Virus record (IMG/VR): IMGVR_UViG_3300032516_000007
Location: 32,001 to 96,000 of that record
DNA length: 64,000 nucleotides
Direction: 5' to 3' (one strand)
Source of the DNA: a virus
Shown: positions 17,394 to 27,456 of the stretch, piece after piece
Numbering within the stretch: position 1 is the first letter of the stretch
Layout of the letters: every line of letters starts with the position of its first letter
Program-made: the position numbers and the translations under genes
The notes under the pieces: model-generated
What the model was told of the DNA's origin: nothing
Seen by the model: the letters and a program-made list of their open reading frames with translations, nothing else
The model's database searches: none

Positions 17394-19400
17394 ATGTTTC
17401 TCACGTCTGGACAACTATATGATCTGCTGAGCAAGGCCAAGAAGAAGGCCACTCAGACAGGTTCTCGTGGGGGACGTTACTACGTCAGCACTGAGGGCTC
17501 CAAGATCTACACTGGGGAGCCCTCAGTTCCTGCCCCCTCAACTCGACCTCTCCCAACGCTTCATCATTTCGTCTCCATGGCTCCTCACTCTTCTCAGAAG
17601 ACACAGAGCCCAGTGAGTGTTGAGGCAGAGGTTGAGGTCACGAAGTTGCCCATGCGCCAGCGGGTGGTTCCGGCTGAGCAAAGATTTAGACCAAAGGCTA
17701 AGATCACTACTTCGAGTCGTGCATCTGTTCAGGAGGCCATGAAGAGATGGCCTGCCTACGTTTGTCGATCTTGTCGAGCAGTGATTCTTCCAACTTTTGC
17801 AAAGGATACGAAGCGGAATCAGGTTGATAAGATCGAATCAGAGGTTGATGAGAAGGGGGTGCCTAAGTCATGGCACGTGGTGACAGAGGAAGAGGGGGTC
17901 AAGGAGCGTTATCGTGCCGCTTCGAAGGCTGAAGCCACCCAGCTATCAGAGGATCTCAGGCAGCACTTTAGGGGAGAAGAACCCTGGCAGAGAAGGGATG
18001 ATCTGATCGCTGTTCATCAGACCAAGATCGAGGGAGAACAAAAGCATTCCACGCTTCTAGAACCAGGAGTTGTCCAACCCGAGATGGTTGGTCAGAAGCT
18101 TTGTCCTGATTGCTTTGGGAAGCATGAGGTGATCTCTCGGGAAGTGACGGGTCGGACTAAGATCAAGCATACAGCAGAGACAAGGCGGGTTGCTCATCAG
18201 AAGGAGAAGGAGCAGAAGCAAAAGGAAAGATCAATTCAGATTGCCCTGAAGAAGTTCCCTGGGAAGCGTACACAAGCTGAGAAGCAACTTGTGGATGAGC
18301 ATGAGGCAATCCAACGGACTCGTCAGCGAGCGGAGGACGAGAAGCGGAAGAAGGAAGATAGTTGGGGAAAGAAGATGGCGGGGGAAGTCTGGATCGAAGG
18401 TCAGGAGCAGGCTGCTTTGATGAAGCTTCGTCATCAGTATTGTGACAAGCTGATCCGTGAGGGAAAGGATCGATCTGAGGCTGGCCGCGAGGCAGCCAAC
18501 CTCACGAATGAAGAGCTGAGCAAGTTTCAGCAAGAGCAGGTTCGGGCTCATGGAAAACGTCGTGAGGATACGATCAAGGAGGTCGAAGCTGAGAGTGGTA
18601 GCCGTCATGTGATTCCAGTGTTCTATGGTCATGAGATTGAAGAGCACATGGAGCGACGGAGACATGAAGCTCCAGGGGGTGAGGAGCGGGGGGTGTACAG
18701 AGAGACAGTTAACCCTGTTCAGGCCAAAATAGCTGAACTTCTTCGTACCGCTCGAATGAGGGAGCGGATAGAGGAGAAGGAATCCCCAAAGGGGAGGAAG
18801 AGGAAGATCAAGAAGGGGCTATGTCTCTTTCTGAACAAGAGCATCTATCAGAGTGCCAAATCCCCTGAGGAAGCTGCTCAGCATAGGCAGTGGGCCAAGG
18901 AAGACTTTAGTGCTCCTTCTCCAGAAATTGAGAAGCCCAGGGAGCCTAAGGTTGAGAAGCCCAAGGAGCCTGAGAGAGACATTCATATGGAGGCGGCTCA
19001 CCACCTCACCCATGTGTTTCATCACGTAGATCAAGCTCGTCACTTTCAGGGTCATGAATTATCTTTTCATAAGCACTGGGAAGCAGCTCGTCAGTTGATC
19101 AAGCAGGGTGCTGATCCAAAATCTGAGCATTTTGATAAGGTTGGTAGGCACTACTATGGTAAGTACGTGGGCCTGAGACTTCGGGGGACCCGCAGGCTAG
19201 CAAGTCATGGTGAGAGGTATCCGGGCCGCCTGCCACTCCCAGGGTCTGATGGCTCTGGGGGTCAGAGGTTGCTGGGTAGGCTATCCTCCATGGCTGATCA
19301 TCTGTACCACACACCATCAGCAGTGAGGAGACTGAGAAACCGAATTGCAAACTCTTCTGGTACTCCCAATTTCAGAAGAGAACGTGGTGCTTGGGAGTAG
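17394..19400 (+). CDS. Head-region protein with TGSRGGRYY motif and split CxxC pairs
   Basis: Leader ...YDLLSKA; CRSC...CPDC. Confidence 0.7.
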   Translation: MFLTSGQLYDLLSKAKKKATQTGSRGGRYYVSTEGSKIYTGEPSVPAPSTRPLPTLHHFVSMAPHSSQKTQSPVSVEAEVEVTKLPMRQRVVPAEQRFRPKAKITTSSRASVQEAMKRWPAYVCRSCRAVILPTFAKDTKRNQVDKIESEVDEKGVPKSWHVVTEEEGVKERYRAASKAEATQLSEDLRQHFRGEEPWQRRDDLIAVHQTKIEGEQKHSTLLEPGVVQPEMVGQKLCPDCFGKHEVISREVTGRTKIKHTAETRRVAHQKEKEQKQKERSIQIALKKFPGKRTQAEKQLVDEHEAIQRTRQRAEDEKRKKEDSWGKKMAGEVWIEGQEQAALMKLRHQYCDKLIREGKDRSEAGREAANLTNEELSKFQQEQVRAHGKRREDTIKEVEAESGSRHVIPVFYGHEIEEHMERRRHEAPGGEERGVYRETVNPVQAKIAELLRTARMRERIEEKESPKGRKRKIKKGLCLFLNKSIYQSAKSPEEAAQHRQWAKEDFSAPSPEIEKPREPKVEKPKEPERDIHMEAAHHLTHVFHHVDQARHFQGHELSFHKHWEAARQLIKQGADPKSEHFDKVGRHYYGKYVGLRLRGTRRLASHGERYPGRLPLPGSDGSGGQRLLGRLSSMADHLYHTPSAVRRLRNRIANSSGTPNFRRERGAWE

Positions 19401-19422
19401 ATAGAGAAGGAGTCTGATCAAC

Positions 19423-19893
19423 ATGGCAAACAATCCATACGCTGGTGCAGTTCCCCTCAATCTTCGTCCTGAGGAGACAAGTGAGGTGGTGGCCAAGTCC
19501 ACCAGTTATCGTCCTGGGGAGGTCCATCCGATGACCTATCGCCATCCTGCCCAGAATCCATCTTTGGGTCGAGAGGATGGGAACACTCCTCTTCGTCGCT
19601 ACCCAAATGGTCTGCTGGATGTGGGCTATGTGGCGAGCTTCATCATTGAAGTGATCCACAAAGCTGAGTTGGGTGGCAATCTGACCAACTTCGAGAAGGC
19701 ACTGCTGACCCTCATCCTGCCTGGTCATTTCCAGTTGATCGATGCTCAGATTGCTGCATCCTTCGCTCACCTGACTGATGAGGAGAAGCTTCTTCTGTCA
19801 GTCAAGGTCATGCGGCACTTCAATGAGGAGCTGAATTACAACGCTGGAGCGGGAGGCGGTAGTGTGCCCTTCCGTCATGTCACAAAAAGTTAG
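19423..19893 (+). CDS. Hypothetical protein
   Basis: AAGGAG RBS; VAKS and IHKA motifs. Confidence 0.7.
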   Translation: MANNPYAGAVPLNLRPEETSEVVAKSTSYRPGEVHPMTYRHPAQNPSLGREDGNTPLRRYPNGLLDVGYVASFIIEVIHKAELGGNLTNFEKALLTLILPGHFQLIDAQIAASFAHLTDEEKLLLSVKVMRHFNEELNYNAGAGGGSVPFRHVTKS

Positions 19894-20107
19894 GCTTCAG
19901 ATCCCTGACGATGTTCCTCTTGAGGAAGTCGTCAAGGCTCTAGAGTCTGCCGCACGGGGGCTTCGCCAGGAACAGGAGGCGAAGCCCCTGTCAGGTATTG
20001 AAGATCGGAATCCAGCATCCAAGCACATGATGGAGTTCATCGATAGTTCCTACTTGACCATGGTGGATAGCTTGGCAAAGGAGATTGGGAAGGTTCTAGA
20101 ATCATGA
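19877..20107 (+). CDS. Hypothetical protein
   Basis: Tiling ORF; VVKA motif. Confidence 0.55.
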   Translation: MSQKVRLQIPDDVPLEEVVKALESAARGLRQEQEAKPLSGIEDRNPASKHMMEFIDSSYLTMVDSLAKEIGKVLES

Positions 20108-20277
20108 TCAGGAAGTTGCCATTGCGTCCCATCATGAAGTCCAAGCTCACCTCTGATGGTGAGCGGGTACTTCAGATTCTCCAGAGGGAATATCAGATGG
20201 AGCGTGAGGCGGCGGTTCGTTTGATGAGAGATGGCGGGGCCATGTTGGCCCTGGCTATTGTGACTCGGAGTCGATGA
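20104..20277 (+). CDS. Small hypothetical protein (57 aa, not in ORF track)
   Basis: MIRKLPLRPIMKS...; ATGA overlaps at both ends. Confidence 0.55.
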   Translation: MIRKLPLRPIMKSKLTSDGERVLQILQREYQMEREAAVRLMRDGGAMLALAIVTRSR

Positions 20278-20999
20278 TGTTTCTTTTCGTAGCTATTCAC
20301 AAAAGTATCTATCCTGAGAGTTTGTTCATCAGGAAGGGAGAAGAGGAGGGAACTCTTAACCTGCGTGTTTCCAAACCTCAGAAGGTAGCCACACCCCCAA
20401 AGGTTAAGCAGCCTCGTGCTCCGACTGTGGGTGTTCCCTCTCAGGAAGTTCAGAAGCCATCAGCATCCCATCTGGAGAAGGTGTCAACGCCTCACCATCA
20501 GGCTGCCCAAGCTGAAGCTCTCATGAGGATGTCAACTCATGAGTACCAACGAACGGGACGTATGCAACATGCTTTGAAGGCACAGCGTTCCCAGGCGACT
20601 CTAGATCATTTTGCTTCCCAAGGTGTTGTACCAACACCCCAGCATCATGCTGATTGGGTTGATCACTATGGGGAGCATTCAGATAAATATGCAGGATCAA
20701 AAGTTCCTGTTATGTCCCGGTCCCGGTGGCACAAGATTTCTGGTGGGATTGAGTTTTCAGGACATGAACACGAACAGAAGCCAGCTTGGACAGAAGCTCA
20801 GCTACAGGCGGCTACTGCTCCTAAGCCTGAACCCCTACCCGCTTCTGATATTGGATTTGAGAGACCTGAGAAGGTATCTCGTCCGGAGGTTCAGGAAACC
20901 ATTGGGTACATGAAGAAGATTCACAGTTTCAAGAAGAGTCTCATCAATGCTTTGCTGTTAAAGGCATTGAACCTGAGAAGGAGCATTTTGAGTTATTGA
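20274..20999 (+). CDS. Hypothetical head-region protein
   Basis: IHKS and FIRKG leader; FKKS and LLKA tail. Confidence 0.65.
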   Translation: MMFLFVAIHKSIYPESLFIRKGEEEGTLNLRVSKPQKVATPPKVKQPRAPTVGVPSQEVQKPSASHLEKVSTPHHQAAQAEALMRMSTHEYQRTGRMQHALKAQRSQATLDHFASQGVVPTPQHHADWVDHYGEHSDKYAGSKVPVMSRSRWHKISGGIEFSGHEHEQKPAWTEAQLQAATAPKPEPLPASDIGFERPEKVSRPEVQETIGYMKKIHSFKKSLINALLLKALNLRRSILSY

Positions 21000-21012
21000 A
21001 CAGGAGTGGAAC

Positions 21013-21648
21013 ATGAGACCCGACATGATTAGCCCCCGACGGCTTCGTCCTGCTAGTGACGGTTCACACAGTGAGCCCTTGTTTCGGATGACCAGGGAAG
21101 ATCCCCATCGAGTGCTCAAAGGGATTGTGATTCCCCAGACAGTGCGTGGTCAGGTCAATGGAGTGATGCCTGGGGCGTCGGCTCCCCCGAAACCTCAGCC
21201 CTCTCTGTGGGTGATGAGGAAAGCGGATCCATCTCAACAGGAGATGATCCCTGGGGGTCTGGCTTCTGGGAAGGCTGATACAGCTTTCGATCCTGAAGCT
21301 CTCAAGGTGGGGATGAAGGTTGAGCTGGAGCATTCAGGCAACGCCAAGCTGGCTCGGGAGATTGCCAAAGATCATCTGACCGAGGACCCTGATTACTACA
21401 AGAAGCTGGCCAAGATGGAAGCCAAGAAGGCTATGGGTGGGTTGGTGACGAAGTCCAAGGAAATGGAGGGCAAGAAGAGAAGTTGGATGCCCCCCACCGA
21501 GTACAGTCCCGAAGCCTATGGGAAGCCTCCTCATCCAGAGGGTCATGGGTTCATCAGTGGTGAGCCAATCGAGAAGATCAAGGAAAGGTTGGCAAAGTTG
21601 CAACCTCACCGTCCGAAGGGTACAGGGCAATTCAACCTCGACGATTAG
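21013..21648 (+). CDS. DUF5661-like domain protein
   Basis: GMKVELEH....AREIAKDHLTEDPDYYKKLAKME. Confidence 0.75.
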   Translation: MRPDMISPRRLRPASDGSHSEPLFRMTREDPHRVLKGIVIPQTVRGQVNGVMPGASAPPKPQPSLWVMRKADPSQQEMIPGGLASGKADTAFDPEALKVGMKVELEHSGNAKLAREIAKDHLTEDPDYYKKLAKMEAKKAMGGLVTKSKEMEGKKRSWMPPTEYSPEAYGKPPHPEGHGFISGEPIEKIKERLAKLQPHRPKGTGQFNLDD

Positions 21649-21665
21649 GATGTTGGTTCTAGAAC

Positions 21666-22574
21666 ATGCCGATTCTGACGAGGCAGCAAGTTGAGAAGCT
21701 TGCTGAGATCATTGACCAGCACACCACCTGGTTCGTCTGGCGAGCTTTCGGTTCCCAGTACGTCAAGAAAGAAGATCTAGACAAGCTGAAGGCTAGTGGA
21801 CTCCTGCCTATGGATGTGCAGGTGTCCACGATCAAGAATGCCTACGTTTTGGGTCGGCTGGAATCTCTGCTCAAGGAAAACGATTTCAGGAAGTTGACCT
21901 GGGTTCAGCTCCAAGAGGCAGCCAAGGGTCGCTTTACCTCTGTTGACAAGTTCCAGATCGAAGCGGCTGAGATGAGTGCCTTTACGAAGTTTCGTGGATT
22001 GGCTGACGACATCAAGAGTCGTCTCTACGATCGTTTGGCTCAGGCGACGAACAGCACTGTGACTGAAGCTCATGTGCGAGGGACGATCAAGGACATTGTT
22101 AAGGTTGGGGTTGAACTCAGCCAATCCTTCCAGAAGGTGGCCAGAGAGTTGGTGGAGGAGCTGAAGGAACCAACTCGAAATTGGACTCGTGTGGCTGCCA
22201 CGGAGCTTCACACAGCGTGGCAACGGGGTGTGGTCAACACGATCATTCAGAAGGTAGATCTGTACGAGGATTCTGAGGGCATTGATAGCAACGTCTTTGT
22301 TGATCATGACGATGATGCCTGTGAGGACTGCAAGAGGATCTACAACGATCCCAAGACTGGTCATCCCAAGATCATGAAGTTGAGAGACCTTCTCGAGAAC
22401 GAGGGATCCAACTATCAACGGCCATGGCGTCAGAATGCTAAGCCGGTTGTCCCTCCTCTGCATCCCCACTGCTATGGGCGTGTGATCTATGTTCCCCCAG
22501 GTTGGGGGTTCAAGGATGATGGTACGTTCACTCTGATCGATCCCAAGGAAGCTTACCCGGAGCTGAACGAATGA
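21666..22574 (+). CDS. MuF/SPP1 gp7-like minor head protein
   Basis: RVAATELHTAWQRG, DACEDC and PPLHPHC motifs; located in the head module. Confidence 0.85.
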   Translation: MPILTRQQVEKLAEIIDQHTTWFVWRAFGSQYVKKEDLDKLKASGLLPMDVQVSTIKNAYVLGRLESLLKENDFRKLTWVQLQEAAKGRFTSVDKFQIEAAEMSAFTKFRGLADDIKSRLYDRLAQATNSTVTEAHVRGTIKDIVKVGVELSQSFQKVARELVEELKEPTRNWTRVAATELHTAWQRGVVNTIIQKVDLYEDSEGIDSNVFVDHDDDACEDCKRIYNDPKTGHPKIMKLRDLLENEGSNYQRPWRQNAKPVVPPLHPHCYGRVIYVPPGWGFKDDGTFTLIDPKEAYPELNE

Positions 22575-25387
22575 ATCACTTCATCAGCAAGACTATTAGG
22601 TACTATCATCCTTACTTACCAACTCACACCCTTCGTAAGGCTGAAGAGCCCGGTGAGTTCCGTGGTGGGGACCCCGAGGAGATGCGTCTGAAGAAGGAAG
22701 AAAAGCAAACTGAGCTAGGTGAATCTGGGGATGCTGGAGAAGATCAGGGTGGGGAAGAGCCAGATCCTGCCGATGTGGAGGAGGCTCAGCAGGCAGATCA
22801 GGATAAGTCAGAAGGGAAATCTGTCAGTATTGGGAAAGCGATTACCACAGCCATGGGTGCGGTTGAGGCTTCTCCATGGCCACCCAACACAACGGATTAT
22901 CCTTCCAAGGATCGGAATGGTAATCCAGTTCATGACAATGTGGACTTTCACTTTCGTGGGGTCAAACAGCCCTGGATTGAAGTGGGTCCCCCTCGTCAGG
23001 GTCCCAATCAGAAGAAGCCCTGGTCAGAGGTTCTGGGTCTTCCCCCATTGATGGCTCCTTCTGGACCTCCCTATTGGCGTCAGAAGCTTCTACAGGAACG
23101 AAGGGATGAGCTTGGGATGAGTCCCAGACCCAGGCTCATCGAACCTACTGATATGTACGCTATGCAGTCTGTGGCAAAGGCTTTCGATGATCTTCTAGAG
23201 AAGGCAAAGGCGACGCTTGGCGGGGAGTCTGCTGAACACCACCCATATATTCCTGGATATAAGGATAAGATCAAAACACCTGTTTCTTTGAATGTTGATA
23301 GCTTAGATCATGTTCCTGAGCATATAAATAAACATGTCTCTAAGATTGTTGGTCCTCATTGGAAAGATCATATTCATAGATATGTCAAAGAAGTTAACAG
23401 TGGGGAGGGTTTAAGTTTTACTCCTTCTCCTGTTCTTCGAGCTATGGAAGATTGGATGGGAGGTGGTGGTAAGTTTCCACATAAACGAGGGGCAGGGCAG
23501 GCTATTGTGTCCAATGATGTAAAAGCTTTGAATCATCTGACACAACGTGCAGGTCATGCTGGGTGGCATCGGTCTGGTGTAGTTGCTGGAGTTTTATCCA
23601 GGATGCCTTTGAATCATGAAGCTATCAAACATCAAACTGGTGGTAGTATTCCAACGCATCTTTATCGTGGTAGTATGTATGTTCCCCATGCGGCAAAGGT
23701 TGGTGATGTTTTTCATCTTTCTCCATCTTCATTTAGTTCCGGTAAACTTGTGGAGCCATTCAAAGACTATCCAGGGCTTATGAAGATGAGGTTACCGTCC
23801 AGAGGATTTAGTTTGGGTAATCACAGTTTGTGGCCAGAACGGGAGGTACTTGTTTCTGGTCATTATAGAATCCATAATATATCTTATCCTCGTGGTCGTA
23901 CTATGTTTCATGTTGAAGAGATTCCTCATGGTGAAGTTAATAAAGCTATTGAGAATCAATCTCAGCATGAAATGAACCAATTTATAGCTTCTCATCCTTC
24001 TGAGATGGTGTCTGCTAAAGGAGCAGAGGATATTGAGCATGTGGGGAGGGGACTTGGAAAGAGAATGGCTCCCTGTCCCTACGGAGGGGGAATCGAATGC
24101 CTTCGGCATGGTGGAGATGGTGCTGATGCTCATTACCCATCATTCCACCATAAACATGAAGATCAATCCCTGAGTCACGAAGATGTTCTCCATCAGGAAG
24201 CTGGAAAAGATCCTGGGGAACGAACACATAGCCTTAACCAGATGCAGAAGAAGGCTCTTGTTGGGCATGTGATGTCCAGGTACGAAAGTGAAGGTACAGA
24301 TCTAGATAACCCTGATACAAGATCGAAGTACATGAAGACACTTCGGCATATTCACGGTTATTTGGGTAAAGACGCAGAGTCAAACGCATGGAGAAAGAAA
24401 GCCATTTCGGAGTGGAAGTCCAAGATTAGTCAGTATCATGGTTCAGAGGATCAAAAGCCAGAGGGTCACCTGGCCATGGAAGCTGCTGAGAAGCAGATCG
24501 ATGTGACTTGTGATTTTTCAAGGGAAGTCGGTTGGGGTTCTACAGATAGTAAAGAGTCAGATCTTCCAGAGAAGATGTTGGAGCAAGCATTTGGTAGGCA
24601 AATGAGGATTAGTGACTTTGAGAGGGCGTATACTGTCGATGATGATAATCTAAAACTTCCAACTCCTGATGGTGGATATGGGGCAAATATTCATCACATC
24701 AACATTGTCGAAAAGGAACAGGGCCAGTACGAGATCAATGTGATGGGGTCTATTGATTATAGTTATGGTGAGGGTAGTGAGCGGGCAGCTACATTCGTTC
24801 GAGTGATTCACTGTTCTGTTGGTGGTAAGAAGAAGCAAGATCGTTTCATTATGGTTCACCATGACAAGATATTTGTGCTAGATGCTGATCATAGTAAGGT
24901 TGGTGGGCATCAGAACTCTGGATTGAGTACGGATTTTCTCAAGCATAGTGTTATTGAATACCAGAAATGGGGGGTTAATCAGATCACAACAAGTCCGCAC
25001 TGGGTGGGTAAGTACACTTGGGCTCGAATGGGATTCCAGTGGAATGAGGAGGCTGCTGCCACTGTGGGTCGCCATATGACCAAATTTTTGATCAGTCATT
25101 ATGGGATGGAGAAGAAGGCTGCTGCAAAATTGGCGGCTAAATTTGCTGATATGCCATCCAGATTTGCTGTCAAGACGCTTTCTAATCCTCAATTGACTGA
25201 AGATGGTCAGGCATTGTTTAGATCTTTCGAGAAGAGCGAGTACAGATGCAAGCCAGAGGAGGTTGGGAAGGCATTCCTTCTTAGTGATGGTGGTAACCAA
25301 GTTTGGATGAATGGGGGCATGGTGGACATGTCTCGGAAAACCAGTCCTAGTTACCGTCAATTGAGGAAGTATCTGGGTTTGAAGTAG
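22571..25387 (+). CDS. Multidomain protein: R-S-E ADP-ribosyltransferase plus C-terminal GNAT acetyltransferase
   Basis: LYRG (~23660), SSFSS, EREVL (~23837); HQNSGLSTDFLK and GKYTWARMGF (~24908-25036). Confidence 0.8.
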   Translation: MNHFISKTIRYYHPYLPTHTLRKAEEPGEFRGGDPEEMRLKKEEKQTELGESGDAGEDQGGEEPDPADVEEAQQADQDKSEGKSVSIGKAITTAMGAVEASPWPPNTTDYPSKDRNGNPVHDNVDFHFRGVKQPWIEVGPPRQGPNQKKPWSEVLGLPPLMAPSGPPYWRQKLLQERRDELGMSPRPRLIEPTDMYAMQSVAKAFDDLLEKAKATLGGESAEHHPYIPGYKDKIKTPVSLNVDSLDHVPEHINKHVSKIVGPHWKDHIHRYVKEVNSGEGLSFTPSPVLRAMEDWMGGGGKFPHKRGAGQAIVSNDVKALNHLTQRAGHAGWHRSGVVAGVLSRMPLNHEAIKHQTGGSIPTHLYRGSMYVPHAAKVGDVFHLSPSSFSSGKLVEPFKDYPGLMKMRLPSRGFSLGNHSLWPEREVLVSGHYRIHNISYPRGRTMFHVEEIPHGEVNKAIENQSQHEMNQFIASHPSEMVSAKGAEDIEHVGRGLGKRMAPCPYGGGIECLRHGGDGADAHYPSFHHKHEDQSLSHEDVLHQEAGKDPGERTHSLNQMQKKALVGHVMSRYESEGTDLDNPDTRSKYMKTLRHIHGYLGKDAESNAWRKKAISEWKSKISQYHGSEDQKPEGHLAMEAAEKQIDVTCDFSREVGWGSTDSKESDLPEKMLEQAFGRQMRISDFERAYTVDDDNLKLPTPDGGYGANIHHINIVEKEQGQYEINVMGSIDYSYGEGSERAATFVRVIHCSVGGKKKQDRFIMVHHDKIFVLDADHSKVGGHQNSGLSTDFLKHSVIEYQKWGVNQITTSPHWVGKYTWARMGFQWNEEAAATVGRHMTKFLISHYGMEKKAAAKLAAKFADMPSRFAVKTLSNPQLTEDGQALFRSFEKSEYRCKPEEVGKAFLLSDGGNQVWMNGGMVDMSRKTSPSYRQLRKYLGLK

Positions 25388-25395
25388 GGTGATCT

Positions 25396-26688
25396 ATGCT
25401 TAATTTGTTCGATGATCTAATGAAGGCGGCCCGTCGGGTATCTCCATTCCCCGTTCCTCAAGGAATGACCCATGGAGATGTGCTTCGTCATCAAGCAATA
25501 CATGTTCACCGTGCCGGGGGTCTTCCATCCTCCAGGGAGCATCGATTAGCTCTACAGGCGAAACCATCACCTCTTACATCGGAGCATGTGGCAGAAACAG
25601 TATCAAAGAATAAACTTCTTCATCCTAAACATGTAACAGCATTGATTGATCATGCTCATGATCATTTTAGTAGATTGTTGAGGACGCCTGGAAGGATGAA
25701 TGAAGAATCTTACCATAAGGTAATGGAAACTCTTGGTGATGCTGTTAATGTTGCTCATGAGACTAAGCACCCAAAAAGAAATTCATTAAGGAACTTGCAG
25801 GCCAAAGCAATTAGGAATCATGTTGGTTCTTATTCTTATCCAGTAGTAAATACTAGATTCAAAAATATGGAAGGTGTTGTTTCGCATGTTACTCCAAATG
25901 GTTGGGCAGAAGCTAGAGAGAATACTCCAGCACACAAGTCAACTCTTGGTCATTACACTTTGCATAATGTATTCAAAGATAAAGTAAATGATGCTGATCA
26001 TTATTTACATGATTCTTTTAAGATGGATCATCCAGACTATACGTCTAAGGTTAACGATTCTGCTTTGGAATTTGAATCAGATATTAGTTCAAAAGAACAT
26101 CAAAGACGGAGTATTCAAAGTACACATTCTTGGCCACATAGGGTAACTGTATCGGGGGATATCGTTCACCATAGTGGAGGTTTGATTGGTCAATTTAGTA
26201 GAACTTTTGGAAGAGATGTCAATGGTGATCTTCGTGTAAATCATGATGGTCTGAGCTTAGATAAAGAACATCAGGGATATGGTATTTCTAAGGCTCTTAT
26301 GAAATCATCATTGGAGCACTATAGACAGATGGGAGTTAAGACTGTTCACGTTGGGCCAGCCGATGTTGGAAGATACACGTGGGCCAAGATGGGATTCCAT
26401 TGGGGTGAAGATGGGACAAGGCATGTCAAAAGGACGTTACCAAAGTTCTTAGTGGAGCATGGAGAGGATCCCAAGTCTGCTCAAGAGATTACTGATAGGC
26501 ATGCTGACAAGCCATGGGAGATAGCTTCTCTTCATATCGGCGGGAGGCATGTTGGGAAGAAGTATTTGTTAAGAGGAGATGTTTCTGGGCAGAGTGGACC
26601 ATGGGGGTACACTGGAGGTTCTTTGGAGTTGCATCCCGATAACCCTGGATACCAACATATCAGCAAATACGTTGGATTGAATAGGTGA
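25396..26688 (+). CDS. GNAT acetyltransferase domain protein
   Basis: Motif A HQGYGISKALMK; GRYTWAKMGF; paralogous to the C-terminus of the upstream gene. Confidence 0.8.
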   Translation: MLNLFDDLMKAARRVSPFPVPQGMTHGDVLRHQAIHVHRAGGLPSSREHRLALQAKPSPLTSEHVAETVSKNKLLHPKHVTALIDHAHDHFSRLLRTPGRMNEESYHKVMETLGDAVNVAHETKHPKRNSLRNLQAKAIRNHVGSYSYPVVNTRFKNMEGVVSHVTPNGWAEARENTPAHKSTLGHYTLHNVFKDKVNDADHYLHDSFKMDHPDYTSKVNDSALEFESDISSKEHQRRSIQSTHSWPHRVTVSGDIVHHSGGLIGQFSRTFGRDVNGDLRVNHDGLSLDKEHQGYGISKALMKSSLEHYRQMGVKTVHVGPADVGRYTWAKMGFHWGEDGTRHVKRTLPKFLVEHGEDPKSAQEITDRHADKPWEIASLHIGGRHVGKKYLLRGDVSGQSGPWGYTGGSLELHPDNPGYQHISKYVGLNR

Positions 26689-26693
26689 ATTGA

Positions 26694-27449
26694 ATGAAAC
26701 GTCCAATGAAAGAATCGGCTTACGATTTAACTGATCTTGTTGATCAGGATAAATCTGGTGATATTCACTATTCTACTGATGGTACTAGAACCATGAATCA
26801 TGAAGGGATGATTGATTGGGATCAAAGTACCGAAGCGATGGACCTTGGTGACAGTCATCCAGAGGACAAAGTTGTTTTCGATTACGATGGCAATGTGATT
26901 CATGATCCTGAAATGGAGGGTCAGGTAGATGGTGGAGACGAGGAGCCGGAAGCTTCACCAGAAGAGGAGCTTCCTGGTGATTCTAGAACCACGGGAGAAC
27001 CCACCAAGGAGCCTGCCATGGGAACTGAATCTCCAAATCCCCAGCCTACTCAACCGTTAATGGGGATAGCCGCTCAGGGGGGCCAAGAGGAGCCTCAGGA
27101 AGCTCAGGGGGAGCCCCAAGGGGGCCAGGAGACAACTCAGGGGGCTCAGGAAGAAGAGCAGACCCAGGAGGGTCAGGAGCCATCCCAGGAGGGTTCTGAG
27201 GAGCAGGGAGACCTTCTCTCAGTGGATGACCCTGCCCAGGCCCAGCAGCTCCTCCAGAACGCCGATAAGATGGACCGGCCTCACATGCTTCAGGTGGCTA
27301 AACTCATCTGGGGGGATGACTACGAGTTTGAGGACTGGATGACGGACGATTACGTGCGAGCAGACCTGAAGGGGTCACTCGAGGATGTTCTCGAGAGCCA
27401 TGAAGAGGGAGTTGCTCCTGTCGAAGGGGAAGACGAGGAAGAGGAGTAG
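26694..27449 (+). CDS. Very acidic, largely disordered protein
   Basis: D/E/Q-rich composition. Confidence 0.65.
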   Translation: MKRPMKESAYDLTDLVDQDKSGDIHYSTDGTRTMNHEGMIDWDQSTEAMDLGDSHPEDKVVFDYDGNVIHDPEMEGQVDGGDEEPEASPEEELPGDSRTTGEPTKEPAMGTESPNPQPTQPLMGIAAQGGQEEPQEAQGEPQGGQETTQGAQEEEQTQEGQEPSQEGSEEQGDLLSVDDPAQAQQLLQNADKMDRPHMLQVAKLIWGDDYEFEDWMTDDYVRADLKGSLEDVLESHEEGVAPVEGEDEEEE

Positions 27450-27456
27450 ACCGAAG

